Positions 1 to 13,420 of a DNA stretch of 64,000 bases are shown here, piece by piece. Below the pieces are notes generated by a model. That model saw only the letters and a list, made by a program, of their open reading frames with translations. It was not told the DNA's origin and did not search any database. The position numbers and the translations under genes are program-made. Location of the stretch: assembly GCF_009914755.1 (NCBI RefSeq), contig NC_060944.1. One strand, 5' to 3'. Source of the DNA: the human T2T-CHM13v2.0 reference genome, Homo sapiens. Each line of letters begins with the position of its first letter. The first letter of the stretch is position 1.

Positions 1-789
1 CTGATGTATTGTGTTTATCAGGCTTCTGTCTCTTCTCATATTTTGGGCTCTCATGAAAAAAATAAGCTTAAATGCAAGTGGCTTATGCTCACTGCCTTAT
101 TTACATTTCATCTAGATGACGTCTAGCTTTTGGCATTGAGATGTCCTTTAGAATTGAAGGAAAAAAATTAAAGCACGTATTTTACTTCTCTGATGTGTCG
201 GGCACTGGGATAAATAACAGGGAAAGGGGTGGCTGTGACACCTGCCATGGAGGCTGGCATGGATGGTGTGGGACAGACTCACAGGCAAGGCATCACCCCC
301 CGGAGGGCCAAGCACTGTGGTGGGTGGCAGGGGCAAACAGGAGCCATGGGCGGGCTGCTGCCGGGAGTGGTCCCTGGAACAACCCAGTAGCCCGAGGGTC
401 TTGTCTGGGATCTTACTGAAAATGCAGCCCAGGCCCTGCTGCCCAGTGGAGCCAGAGCCTGCACTTTTCAAAGCTTCCTGTGTGATTCCTGTGCACTTTG
501 AAGTTTGAGGAGTGCTGGTCCTGATGAAAGAAGGTCAACGTTGACAGTTATCAGATGATTGAAAAGGACCTCCCCGGGAGGCGAGGGCAGAGATGAGTCA
601 TTATGTTGGAGAAGGAGTCGGTGCTCGCCAAGCCCAGATTAGGAAAAGGAAACATCTGGTGCCAAGGAGGACGTTGCCAAAGAGCCTGGTTTGTTCTGGG
701 AACTGCAGGAGTTTGGGGCAATGGATCAGGGACTAGCCTGGGTGGGAGAGGTGAGCAGGTGCTGGGATCCCACTGGTCCTCGAGTCACC

Positions 790-1050
790 AGATGCTGACC
801 TAGAACGTGCTGTGGTTGGGACTGAAGCCCTGCAGCCAGACTGCCTGTTTTCCGCCCTTCGGCTGTGTGAGCTTGGGCCAGTTATGGAGCCTCTCTGTGC
901 CTCTGTGTCCTCATATGTAGGAATAGCGGTCCTAGCAGCACCTACCCCATGGGGCTGTTCTGAGAATTCACTGGACCAATCTGTGTGAACTCTGAGTACC
1001 TCCCCACACACAGCAAGTGCTACAAAAGTGACCAGTATATTATTGGTGAC
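790..1050 (+). mobile_element. MIR SINE remnant
   Basis: MIR core-like 'ctgtgtgagcttgggccagtta...ctctctgtgcctctgtgtcctcat...acctaccccatggggctgttctgagaatt'; boundaries approximate. Confidence 0.7.
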
Positions 1051-2329
1051 TGAAGGTTGGCAAGTTGTGAGCAACATGGAGAAATTTAGTTGGTTTCTTC
1101 TTTGTTTTTGTTTCTTGATAAAAGATGTTTTGGCAATTACAGAGACAATGGAATGGAAAGAGATATTGGTGCAAGTGGAGTTTAGTGGGAAATCAGAGAA
1201 CAGCAAACTCAGCTGCAGCTGCTTCTGCAATCCCCTTGGCCACATGCTTTTGATCACTCATCCCAGGACAGAGGACAAGTAGCAACATTCCCCAGCATGT
1301 CTTTGCCCCAACTTCTCTGAAGTGTCAGTAGATGTCAGACCATAAATGAAGACAGGTTTACATCTCAGAAAGACAGCGACTGTAAACAAGAAAATGCAAA
1401 GTCTGTAGAGTAGATCCATGTCCCTGGGCAGGACAAGGGCCCAGTAGCTTAGCTGGGTCTCATGCCGGCCAATGACTGTGGCAAAGAGGACTGAGAGGCC
1501 AAGCCACAGACTAGCACAGTGTCACCATCACAGGCTGGGCCTTCTAGATCTACCACTTGTCAGCCTGTGGAACTACGGGAAAGACGCTGAGCTACTCGCT
1601 CTGGATGTCTTTGTCTGGAGAGTGGGGATAACCAGGATCGGCTTGGCTGTTGGAAGAATAAATGGGGCACAAATGTCAGGGGCCTGTGTGGGCTTCAGTG
1701 GTGGGTTGGGACCAATGTCTGCCTGCTCACTTCTTGTGTTTTGTCTGAGGGGACCTAATTTGCAGACAGAGCTGAATGGGAATGGGGAGCCATTGTATTA
1801 ACACTGAGCAGGCTGAAGGATCCTGGGGGTCAGCTCTGAGCAAAGCTTCTGGAGATCACAGCTTGGACAAGGAGCTTGAGACAAAGCCACATGCTTCCCA
1901 CCTCCTCTCCTTGAGTCTGGGACAGTTTATGCAAGAGAAGCTGAAGGAGGGCAGGGAATGGGGTCACCTCACCCCAGCTCTCAGAGGACAGAGGGAAACA
2001 CCCCCAGAGACACAGTGAATGACTTTGCCTGCATGGTCCCGTGGCTGTGCACCCTGCCCCATGAGATCAGCACAGTGGTCTCTCAGAAGGAGCCCAAGAG
2101 AGAGGAGGCATTTCCTCCAGGACCACCCTGTGGAAGACAGGAGCTGGCCCCTACACCATTCTCACTGAAAAGCAGGAGCTCCCCCTTCCCCATGTGGCAC
2201 TACAGCTGTGACTGATGGACTCCACACTGTTACCACTATGGCTACTGCTCAGAGGCTGTTCAGAAGGACAGGGAAGCAGTGGGGAGAGAAGGAAGAAGAA
2301 CCCATTTCCTCATCCAACTAGCTAGAGCC

Positions 2330-2780
2330 TTCCGAGGGAAAATTCCTGCTGAACCCAAACCATTCACAGGAAACCAGCATCAGAAAAGACCATTCTGTAG
2401 CCATCATGAAGTAGGCAAAACCAAGAACCTTCCATCATTGTGTCTGAGCACAGCCAAGAACAGGAACCCTACAAGCTGTGAACATGACCACCCATCCTTA
2501 GCAACTATAGCTCCAGTCTCCCTATTCCTCGTACCCCTTGGATAAAAATCAGTGAATAACCAGTCATAGTTACTCCATGTCCTGACGATATCCACAATAG
2601 GCTCTGCTTCCTTGACTACTCCGAGGATCACCCAACCTTAGCCCAGGTCCCATCACAATTTCCTCTACACCTCTTACTGGGAACATCAAGGTTCTCCATG
2701 GCCTGTAGTCTCTCCTGAGCTGCAGTAGGTAATAGACCAGACTTTGACTCGTGGTCTCTGGCTGGGGAGCATGGACTGTA
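2330..2780 (+). mobile_element. Old LTR-like element (MER74/MER73-like, family uncertain)
   Basis: LTR-like layout with a TATA-like 'ggataaaaa' and a 3' part resembling ERVL LTR ends; weak recognition. Confidence 0.35.
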
Positions 2781-2879
2781 CTGATGCTTTGAGGGCCATG
2801 GTCGGAGAGGTGGTTCTCTCTCAGGAGACAGAGAGGTATGTTAAGGCGACTGGTGGGAAGGGGGGTTAAAGGTTAAGCT

Positions 2880-3480
2880 GCAATAGGAAATGAAAGATTT
2901 GCATATTTTGCACAAGAGTTTGGTTTCTATTTTATGGCACAAGGAATCTCTGGTGGTGGGGGTGGGTGTTAAGAGTGATTGGATTTACATTTTAGTGAAC
3001 CACCTTAGCTGCCACTTTAAGAATGTATAAGATCCAAGGCATGCTAGCTAATTGTTTATAACAATCATAATCATCCAGGTAAGAGGTGGTGCTAGTTTGG
3101 ATTAGGGTAGTGAGGATAGTGTTGGAGGAGAAGGAATAGATTGGAAAGAGAAGGTAATCTACTGGATTGGTTGGTAAAGGGGAAGACAGGGACAGCTCTG
3201 GGATCCTGGATCAGACATTTGGGTGAATGTTGGTGCCATTTGGTTAACGGAGAGTTGGGAAGATCAAGGGTGGGTGTTCATTTCAGGTGAGGGATACTGA
3301 TTATTATTTGGAACACTTGCAGTTTGGGGTGATTTGGGGTATCTGGGTGGAGATGTTCCTTCCATAAGCCTTTGGGCTTGATAAGATTGAATGTGTTCTG
3401 GAATGGAAAATAATTGGGAGACCTGGGTGGGGTGTGGCTTTGAGTGCTCACAGGGAGCATTTAGCGCTTAGTGATGGAAA
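2880..3480 (-). mobile_element. L2 LINE fragment
   Basis: G/A-rich L2-like motifs 'ggatttacattttag...ccaggtaagaggtggtg...ttggattagggtagtg...gggtgaatgttggtgccatt'. Confidence 0.6.
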
Positions 3481-6400
3481 GGAGGACCTCACTTAATATA
3501 ATGCAGAGGTGGAAGGGACTATAATCTTGGACTTCCATGTGGTGCTGGTGAAGCAGGGCACACTGGTGCAAGTTCTTCCAACTCTGAGCCTCAGTTTTCT
3601 CTCTTTGAAGTGGGAACAGATGCCTGAGTCCTGCTAGATGTTCTCTGGGTTGAATTGCATCTTCAAAGTATCCTTCTTGTCTGAGTGCCATTCCCTGATC
3701 CTGCACAGTTGTGTGGTTTCACAGGGAGCCACCCTGGCATGAAAATATTCCTCTAAAAGCTGCAAGCCACTTGTGTAACTAGTCTCTGTTCAGTCTCATT
3801 CTCTCTGCTTAACTCTGACATCTGCCTTTACTAATCCACTAATACCTTTGTCAGTATCCTTCTGTTGATAGTTGTTAACTTGGGATGAATCAAAGAAAAT
3901 GCAAATCAACTGTGAAAGTGAAAGCATCAGTTTTGAAGAAGTTGCAAGATTTCAGGAAGATAAGGAGGCTGACTTTGGGGGCTGACTGGAGAGCAACACA
4001 CCATTGGTTCTGGAGGAACTAGCCTGGCAGGGCAAAAAGTAGGAAAACTTGCTGAGATTGACCGCACAGTCTTCAAAAGACGATGGCTCAAATATCAGTG
4101 GATTTAAAGCAGCTGTACCTAAAATAGACAAAGCTTTGGAATATTATCCCCCACCTCTACCCCTAAACTTCCATCTTTAGCATAGGACTGTGGGAGTAAA
4201 AGCATTCATGCTGGATAGGCATGTTCCAAAATCAACCTGTCTTATAAATTTCACATTCATTATTCAATAAATATATCATACACACACACTTTTTGCTTAA
4301 ACTATAATGCCTTTGAGAGGCCTCTTACGGTACACATCAGCTTCCAATAACAAGTCCCACCCCAGGAAGGAGCTGGCTCCATCTCTGGCATGCATGGCAG
4401 GAACTTCATAAATGATAGGTCTTTTAATCTGCTGCCTCACTTTCTTTAGGAAGGAAAGAAGGGGGAGATGAGAGATGTGGAGCCCTAAATAATGGGTACT
4501 AGGGAGAAAGGAAAAGGGAACTCATTCAACAGCAGGAAGTTCATGTGGTAATTTGAGCAGGATACAAGGTATTCAGTAGGTGCCAAATAGGAACATGTCC
4601 CTTCTTCTTAAATGGAAGTTGGTGTCCAATCAATTTGGCACAAAGGGAGAAATCACTTTTAAATCTTGAAGGTCCTGTTCTAATCTTTGCCCTTCAGGAA
4701 AGCAATTTAGCCTGATCTTAGAATCTGGCTCTCCTCTCTCCTTTAAACCATGTGGTTCTAAGTTTCCTTCTTTTTATATTTGCCCAAAGCAAAAGTAATA
4801 TTATAGCTTGTTACTTAAGAGGAAATGGATTTCTTTGAATAAATAAGCACTGCTTTTTAAAATAACAAGACAGTAATGTAGTCATTGGGTAAAGATCAAG
4901 TCCACACTGTGTTTTGACAAACCAAGTGGGTCATTGCTCCCTCTTGTCACTGCTGGAGTGTAGGCAAAAAGGGCCATCTGAGCAGGTACCACCATCACAG
5001 TCATTCACCCAGTCTCTAGGAAGTGGGGATGGAGGGTGAAATCTGCTATTGGCTGGACAGAGCAAGCAGGAAGGATGCCAGGATTTGTCATTGCTGCAAT
5101 AATTTTCTTGGTTCTCTGAACAGGGCATGGGAAGTACGGAACAGGGCACAGGGACAGTGGTGAGGGGAACTTGTGTCTATTTTCCAGAGAGACAATACCC
5201 TGCATTTCATTTTGGCTAGGAATCAGAACCATCCCGGTTTACTAAACTTCACTTAACTTGTGAAAGACACAGAGCAGTGATGGGCTAAACCACACATGCA
5301 ACCAAGCAAAGACAACAGACAAGGACCTGTTGTGACCTGCATGGGCCTCAGTGATATTGAGTCTGAGAGTTATCTGAACAGGAGCTAAACATTTGGAGAA
5401 GGCTTTATTCCTGACCTGGGACTGGTGGGAGTGGAGGGGAAGGGAAGGTGAAAGGGTGCTTAGAAAGTGTGAATGACTTGGGGAGAGATGAGTGAGATAC
5501 AAGGCTGGAAATGGTAAAGGTGGCAGGCATGTGGTTTTCATACACGGGCCAGGTGAATCGGTTTCTCTGTTGTTATCTGAAATGGCAATAGCTTGTTGGA
5601 AATTTATGTGGGACCAAGCCCAAAGCTTATGCAGGCTTGGGTGTGTAAGAACTGCCACATCAAACTCATGACTTTTGAGAGACCAAGGTGCCACATGCTG
5701 AAAATTAGGGGAGGGAACTAGAGAAAAGAGGTCAGGAATAAAGAAAACACCCAGACTTTGTTTTTCCTCATACCTGGGGTGTTGCGGTAATGGGTTTTTC
5801 CTTGTACCTAGGACGTTGGGGAAGTGGGTTTTTCTTCTCTGACTGTGTGTGTGTTCTGGCATCAGGCTGCTGAATGTCCTGAGTCTGTGTAATTGGTAAA
5901 AAGCATGGACCAAGACTGTGTTTCCATGGTGACCAACAGAGGACTTCCCACAGAGATCCTGAGACCTTCTCTGTGAGATAAGAAGAGAGATGGGCAGATG
6001 CCTGGGCAGAAAGGTGGATTTTATAGAGCGGCTCCTCACCCGCTAGTCTTTGCTCTCTGTTGGAACCCTGTGACTGCTAGGGCTTGTCATACTGAGTACC
6101 TAAGAGAAGAAGCCCTGAAGAGAATCCTCAGCATAGCCAGTGCCTCTAGGAAACCATTCTGACCCAGGGGAGGGGTTCCTCTAGGAGGTGAGGTGCTGCT
6201 CTGAAGGGAGGGCCATACTTCAACAGTCCACACTGCATGGGAGCCCTTGTCATTCCTCTCCTCAAATGCAAACCTCTTTTTCTTAAATTTAAACTCAAAG
6301 TTTGCTCTGAAGATAAAACAAAGCACCACCACAGGCTACACTTCCAAACTTACATTTAAATTCCCAAGTCAATGAATATACACCTAAAAGCCATGTTCCA

Positions 6401-7413
6401 TATGAGAAGTTTGACTTTCTGACACTCTGTATTGATCTTCCCTATTTTCCACCATCGTCATGTTGGCCTCCTTCTATGCAGCACCTTTCATCTTATATAA
6501 AGTGTAGAAACAATGTCAATCTACTTTATAAACGTATTGTCAATCATGGAATAGCAGCTAGGTTCCTGGTGAGATCTTAAATCTCCTAATTTTTGTGGGT
6601 GTACTGGCTTCATACAAAATGATACCCTTAGGAAGGAGGAGCAGAGGAACCACTGAGGTCCCTCTTATATTCTATGCACCATACAAGCCACCGCATACGT
6701 ACTGTAAGTCTGCACAAAACCCTGCAAGGCAGAGAGAAGTTGGGTTACATGGCCTGAAAGCAGCAGAGCTTCCCCAGGAGCCTCACACATTCAGCAGATG
6801 CTAACGTCCAAACACAGGATGGTGTCTTCTGAATCTGCCCTTGGGCATTACCCTGAGCCTATGTGGGAATGGTATTTAGTACAAGGTATGCCCTCGGTAA
6901 TAATCTCTGAAAGAATACATGAGCATGTGAATGACTGAGTTTAAGTAACGTTGTTATCAGATGTGTAGTCAGTCTGCCTGGCAACTTCCCACATTTTAAT
7001 AGACATTTGAAATGCCATTGCATTGTTGATGGCACATTTGGACCACATGTCATGGTTGCTGGAGCACCGTTCCTTTCTTTCTATGCAGTGGTTCAGGCTC
7101 TGTCCTGAGATCTACACACTCGCAGAGCCTGTCATTGTGTTCACCAAGCAGGTGCATTTGGAAAACTGGGCCACCACGGCTTGCTCCTCATGAACAAGCT
7201 CCACCTCCCATCTAGAAAGCTGCCATAGCCAGCCAACAGAAAGCAAAGAAGTGAGATAAAGAGTAAGGATGAGAGAGTTCTTATATAAAGCAACAGGGTG
7301 GTGAATTCAATGAGAACTAAAAATATACTGCTCGATTTTCAGAACTGAAGGAAAATAGTGAAGTATTTCTATTGATATTTGAGATACTTATGTGCTTACC
7401 TAAATATATATGG

Positions 7414-7452
7414 GGTGTGTGTGTGTGTGTGTGTGAGTGTGTGTGCATGTGT
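7414..7452. repeat. (TG)n microsatellite, imperfect
   Basis: Directly visible. Confidence 0.9.
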
Positions 7453-7804
7453 GGGCATGTCCACCTCTGGCTGGCACTTAGTTGTCCACTGTGAAATAAG
7501 CTAGTGGTGCATCTCACCCAGATCACCATTACTGGGCTGGTGCACCCATCCTCCAGCTGCCAGGAGGTTTACTGCTCAGTCCCTCAGCCATACTCTCCCT
7601 GGAACACTGCCCTTGGGTGATGGAGAATTGCCCTTGGCTGATGGGAAATGCCTTACCTGGAAATGCCCCCTGCTGTTCCTCACACCCCCAGAGTCTTCCT
7701 GGCTCCAAGATTGACTGATCCTGGGACACAAGGGCTCAGCTTCCTGCTTCAGGTGAAGTAACCCTTGGATGCCATTTGTGTCCCAGAGTTCCCAGTTTAT
7801 CTAT

Positions 7805-9265
7805 GGATTCCAGTTATCTATGTGGCATAACAGCCACATAGCCCTGAACTAAATGGCTTAAAACAACAAACATTTTATTATATATCTTGATCCTTTGGGT
7901 GAGGGATTCAGCAGGGCTCAGCTGGGCAGTTCTTCTGTTCCACAGGGTATTAACTGTGGTTTCAGCATTCAGTTGGCAGCTAAGTGGGCCCAGAGTATCC
8001 CAACAGTTTCATTCAAGTACCTGGCACTTTGGTGGGGAAGTAGGAAGGTAGACACAGCTGGCCTCCTCTCCCTCCTCAGGTTGTCTCGGGGTCTCTCTGT
8101 GTGGTCTTATTAGAAGGGTAGCCAGACTTCTTACATGACAGTTGAGGGCTCCAAGAGCCAGTGGTCCAAGGAACAGAGAATGGAAGCTGCCAGTTCCTGG
8201 GTCCTGAGCCTAGAAACCATCACAGCCTCATTTCCACTATATTCTATTGTCAAAGTAGTCACAGGCTAAGTGGGACCTAATTAAACTAAAGAGCTTCTGC
8301 ACAGCAAAAGAAACTGTCAACAGAGTAAACAGACAACCTGCAGAATGGGAGAAAATATTTACAAACTATGCCTCTGACAAAGGTCTAATATCCAGAATCT
8401 ATTAAAAACTTAAATCAACAAAAAGCAAACAATCCCATTAAAAATGGGCAAAGGACAATGTGGAAATGCAAATCAAAACCACAATGAAATACCATCTCAC
8501 ACCAGACAGAATGGATATTATGAAAAAGTCAAAAATAACAGATGTTGGCAAGGCTATGGTGAAAAGGGAATGCTTATACACTGCTGGTGAGAATGTAAAT
8601 TAGTTCAGCTATTGTGAAAATAAGTTTAGAGATTTCTCAAAGAACTTCAAACAGAATTACCATTCGACCCAGCAATCTCATTGCTGGATATATACCCAAA
8701 GAAATATAAATAGTTCTACCATAAAGCACGTGTATACATATGTTCATCACAGTGCTATTCACAATAGCAAAGACGTGGAAGCAACCTATATGCCCATAAA
8801 TAGAGGACCAAATAAGGAAAATGTGGTACACATACACGATGGAATACTACACAGCCATACAAAAGAATGAAATTGTGTCCTTTGCAGCAACACTGATGCA
8901 GCTAGAGGCCATTATTCTAAGCAAATTAACCAGGGAAACAAAAGCAAATACCACATGTTCTCACTTATAAAGTGGGAGCTAAACCTGGACACAAAGAGGG
9001 CAACGGTAGACACTGGGGCTTATTTGAGGAAAGGAGGGAGGAGGGTGAGGGTCAAAAAACTACCTGTCAGGTACTGTGCTCAGTACCTGAGTGATGAAAT
9101 CATTTGTACACCAAACCCCAGTAACATGCAATTTACCCATGTAAAAAACCTGCACATGTACCCGCTGAACCTAAAATACAACTTAGAAATAAAAACGTAG
9201 TCCCAGGCCACCCAGGTCCAAGAGGAGGGGCCATATACCTCACCTCTCAATGGCAGAGGCATTAA
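7805..9265 (-). mobile_element. MLT1-type MaLR LTR interrupted by an L1 (parts 7805-8266 and 9209-9265)
   Basis: 'aatggcttaaaacaacaa...cagggctcagctgggcagttctt...ttccactatattctattgtcaaagtagtcacaggc' resumes after the L1 as 'cacccaggtccaagaggagggg...cacctctcaatggcagagg'. Confidence 0.75.
8267..9193 (+). mobile_element. 5'-truncated L1 (L1PA/L1PB-type ORF2 end and 3' UTR) with target-site duplication
   Basis: 'gacctaattaaactaaagagcttctgcacagcaaaagaaac...aacctgcacatgtacccgctgaacctaaaata'; TSD aaagtagtcacaggc (8252-8266) / aacgtagtcccaggc (9194-9208), 13/15 identical. Confidence 0.92.
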
Positions 9266-9439
9266 AGAATATGGTCCTCCATACAGACAGAGGCTAGACT
9301 TCTGAAGAAATCACATGATGCTTGCCCCATCCTGATTGCTTTGTTCTTTATGCTCTTCTCTGGAGAGCTCTCCCCCAATAAATTGCTTCTCAAGAATCCT
9401 CATCTCAGACTCTGCTTCTAGGGACCCAAACCATTAAGC

Positions 9440-10415
9440 TAACACCCATCCCTTGTCATTCTTGCCAGCAGCAGCACAGTCTTATTGAAGTTTATTAATG
9501 GAGCCCCAGCCAATCCACTTCTAGAGTTCCCAGCTTCCCTGGCAGCTGGGGTCAGGTGATTGTTGTGCAGAATCCCTATTAACCTCAGTAGGGAAAGCAC
9601 CAGGTTCAAGAGGCTGAAGAAGAGATCCAGAGCCAGCAAATGAGACATGGGGTTTTATTAGGGGCTACATACAGGAGAGAGTCTAGTGGCTGTGGATGGG
9701 ACAGGAAAACTGCCTTACATGCAGAAATTGTCCAGTGGCAGCAGGCTGGGCAGTAAAGCCACAACTGCTTGCAAACAGCATGCAATTTATATAGCATTTT
9801 CAATTAATACCCTCACCTTATCGACCTCCAGCTGACAACTTTCATCCAATCCAAAACTTGGGGCCTCAATCCTCTGTATGGCCCATGTTCCATGAGACAG
9901 GCCAGGGGTTCAGATGTTTCTCACAGACAAGGAACTAATCACCGGGTTGGCCACATCGAGGTTCCCTAGCTCAGAACACACATTCAGGTGCATCTGCTAT
10001 ACTGGGTCATTTCCCCGTGTAACTTAAATTATTGCTATCAGGTGCATTTACTCTACATTGACCCAGTTCTGATCAATGAAAGTCAAAGGAATTCTTTTGT
10101 GGAGCATCTCAAAATTGTTCTGCTTTCTGAGTAAAAGGAAGCATACACACTGGACACCACCCCCTCCCTGGCCCTCTTTCTTTTACCTTGAATATGGTTA
10201 TGATGACTGGAGCTGCAGCAGCCATTTTGCAAATGTGAAAGAAGGGTCAAGAGAGTATGAATACCACCTGCTTTCATGTTGTCAAGCCACTGAACCAATG
10301 GCAACAGCTGCCTACCTCGGACTTGTCAGGTGAAGAGAAACAACCTTTTGTGTTGTTATTGTTCAGGTCATTGTCTCAGGTTTTATGTCACTTGTAACCA
10401 AGTGCAATCCAAACA
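9440..10415 (+). mobile_element. Old ERVL/MaLR LTR (LTR33/MLT1J-K-like) split by an ERV1 LTR
   Basis: 'cttccctggcagctggggtcaggtga'...'cccagttctgatcaatg...gatgactggagctgcagcagccattttg...tcacttgtaaccaa'. Confidence 0.55.
9561..10057 (-). mobile_element. ERV1-class solo LTR
   Basis: TG...CA ends, reversed polyA signal 'ttttatt', LTR-like 'ttcaagaggctgaagaagagatccagagccagcaaatgagacatggggtttt'; interrupts the host LTR. Confidence 0.7.
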
Positions 10416-11123
10416 TCCTTGCAGGGGATAAAATAACCAAACTAATAGTTGAGGAACAAAGACATCTACTTTTCAGTTCAAACTGATACCCACTGAAGAG
10501 AGATATATTTACAAGATGACATTAAAGATGCAATTTGAAATATTAGCTTAATTTGGAAGACATTTTCCCCTTTAATCTGTGTTTAAAGTTAGCATGACAT
10601 AGTTGAGAAAACAGTCTAATCCACTTTCCTTTATCATTTGAAGGTTTTTTTTCCTCTATTTAAATGAAAATTACTGATTGTCATTTCCACAGATGTTTTA
10701 GAACCTAGATGTATTTTGCAAATCATGGAAGAACTAACAATGTTCAGTTTGAAGCTGGCTTATCCTTCTCCATTTAATTCTGTTCTCTACTCATTCTGTT
10801 CAAATGGGCTTTATTAGGGCCTGAAGTCAATAATAAAAAAGGAATGGAATTCAGCATCACCATTGCTGCAGCTGTCTCTATTTTAATACACATGCTCATG
10901 AGGAGACATTTCCCTCCATGACAGTAACTTGCAACAATGGAGTAAGGAATTGGGGCTTCCCTTTGTCTTCCTTGGGGACAACAGGCTGAGGCCTGGCCAG
11001 ACTACTTCTAACTCTACATCCCCACCACTTGCTATCCTCCCAAACTTGGTTTTGGGAGGAAACCTTAATTTAATATAGAACTCTTAGTATTACATAGCAA
11101 GTTCGCTTAAAAAATGCAGATAC

Positions 11124-11400
11124 CTATTGCTTTAGTTTGAGTTCCAGGCAGGAAATCAGATGCTGAGAAAATAGTTTGGTGGAGGAGAATTTATTCAGGG
11201 AGCATGACCCTAGAGAATAGGAATAAAAACTGGAAGAAGCAAAGCAGGCAAAGGAATAAAGACAATTCAAGCTTGTGCCTTGAGCAGGTCGCCACTGTGG
11301 GCAACTGGGGTTCACTCTTGCTGGGCTTCCTCTGGGAGGTCATGTGGAATACCCCTCAAAATTTTCCACACAAGATATAGAAGAAAGGAGTCCTCTTGGT
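11124..11400 (-). mobile_element. LTR16-like ERVL LTR fragment (continues about 13845-14065)
   Basis: 'ttagtttgagttcc...gatgctgagaaaatagtttgg...tttattcagggag' resembles the LTR16 minus strand. Confidence 0.5.
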
Positions 11401-12707
11401 TAAATTCAAAAATTCAAACTTAAAATAATTCAAATGTATGAAAGTTTGAACTTTAACTTATCCTGACCTTGAGGGAACGTGGCTATGCAACTTGAGTCAT
11501 GTGCAAGCAGCTGTGACTTCTGCCTTTTTTCTATAAATGATTAAGACCAAAGTGCACCAGAGAAAAGACCCCCTCAGATCACCACCCCTCCTCATGGAAT
11601 AATAAAGTAATCTGTAACCAACCAAATAGCTGTGGCACCTGCACCTGGTCTTGTAAGGAAACTGTTGTGATTCTGTTGGAACTTTTCTGTCTCTGCCTAT
11701 GTAAATGAAACCATAACTTTCCCACTCTGGAAATGTTGACCCCCTTTCATCTGGAGTCAGTGCTTTCCTGGGTGGCCACCCTCAAGCTTTGTGCTCATAT
11801 AAACTCTATACTCTGGATGGAATGAAGAAAAAAGCCAAAAAAAAAAAACACAAAAAAACAAAAAACACCTCTGTAAGATATTTAAAGAGGTTTATTCTGA
11901 GCCAGTATGAGTGACCATGGCTTGGGAAACAGTCTCAACAGATCTTGAGAAAGTGTTCCCAAGGCAGCTGGGTTACAGTTTGGTTTTATACATTTTAGGG
12001 AGATAGGAGTTGTAGGTAAAATCATAAAGGTGTATATTGATTCCACCTAAAGAGATGGGATATCTTGGGGAAGGTGGGTTTACAGGTCATAAGTAGATTC
12101 AAAGATCTTCTGATTGACAATTGGTTTGAAGAGTTAAGCTTTGTCTAAAGACTCGAAGTCATCAGAAAGAAGTGCTTGAGTTAAGATAAAGGGGAGTTGC
12201 AGAGACCAAGGTTCTTGTTATGTAGATGAAGCCTCCAGGTAACTGGCTTCAGAAGGAATGGATGATAAATGTCTCCTTCCAGATCTTAAAAGGTATCAGA
12301 CTTGTTGTTACTCTCTGCTAGATCTAGGAAATGCCTGATTATACTCATGGAGATTCACTGCAGATGCAAATTTCTCCCACAAAAGACAGCTTTTCAGGAC
12401 CATTTCAAAACATGTCAAAGAAATATATTCTGGGATAAAATATTTTTATTTCCTTCAGGGTCTGCTTCTGACTTGTGATTGATACCAGAGTCAGGTTGGA
12501 ATTTGGCACCTTTTTGCCACAAAGGGTCTGTTTTTTGAGTCTGTGGTCTCTATTTTAATGCTAATGCTGGTCCCTTGTCCCTAAACCTTTAAAGGATGGG
12601 TATAATGAGGTGTGTCTCACATCACTTTCCAGCATGGTCTGGAATTCAGCTTTTCACAATTCTCTAAGTTTCCTGTGGCCAAGATGGGGGAATCTATTCA
12701 GTCAGTT

Positions 12708-13339
12708 TGTTACCAGAAAGGGGTCCCGATCCAGACCCCAAAAGAGAGTTTCTGGCCTTATGCAAGAAAGAATTTTGGGTGAGTCCAAAGAGTAAAGTGA
12801 AATCAAGTTTATTAATAAAGTAAAGGAATAAAAGAATGGCTACTCCATAGGCAGTGTAGGGCATGGGCTGCTCTACTGAACATACTTATAGTTATTTCTT
12901 GATCATATGATAAACAGGGGTGGGTTATTCATAAGTTTTCTGGGAAAGAGGCAGAGATTTCCTGGAACTGAGGTTCCCTCCCCTTTTTAGACCATACAGG
13001 GTAGCTTCTGGACATTGTCATGGCATTTATAAACTGTCGTGGCACTGGTGGGAGTGTCTCCTAGCATTCTAAGGCATTATAATTAGCATATAATGAGCAG
13101 TGAGGAGGACCAGAGGTCACTTTCGTTGCCATCTTGGTTTGGATGGGTTTCGGCAGGCTTCTTTACCACAACCTGTTTTATCAGCAGGGTCTTCGTGACC
13201 TGTATGTTGTGCCAGCCTTCTGTTTGATCCTGTGACTAAGAATGCCTAATCTCCTGGGAATGCAGCACAGCAGGTCTCATCCTTACTGTACCTAGCCCTT
13301 ATTCAAGATGGAATCAGTCTGGCTTAAATGCCTCCAACA
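12708..13339 (-). mobile_element. MER41B solo LTR
   Basis: Reverse complement starts 'tgttggaggcatttaagccagactgattccatcttgaataagggct...gcattcccaggagattaggcattcttagtcacagg'; 4-bp TSD agtt/ggtt. Confidence 0.88.
12938..12967. promoter_or_regulatory. Tandem GAS (STAT) motifs within MER41B
   Basis: TTCTGGGAA at 12938-12946 and TTCCTGGAA at 12959-12967, both matching TTCNNNGAA. Confidence 0.6.
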
Positions 13340-13420
13340 GGTTGGGTGGCTTAGGATTTTATTTTTGGTTTGCAATACTTAATCACATTCTCTGAATCTC
13401 ATTATTTAAAGCTGACATCC

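Larger units (their letters stand above)
11813..13374 (-). mobile_element. MER4-family LTR interrupted by MER41B
   Basis: Reverse complement of the right end, 'tgcaaaccaaaaataaaatcctaagccacccaacc', matches the MER4 start; body contains 'tttattctgagcc...cagtttggttttatacattttagggag'. Confidence 0.8.
11435..13417 (+). mobile_element. MER34-family ERV1 LTR (11435-11812 plus 13375-13417), host of nested LTRs
   Basis: Terminus 'aaactctatact|taatcacattctctgaatctcattatttaaagctgaca' is split, with 'atact' duplicated at 11808-11812 and 13375-13379. Confidence 0.75.

Noticed and set aside
141-2631. Cluster of 60-174 aa ORFs on both strands
   Set aside because: Lengths are expected by chance in GC-richer DNA, several overlap MIR/LTR sequence, and there are no domains
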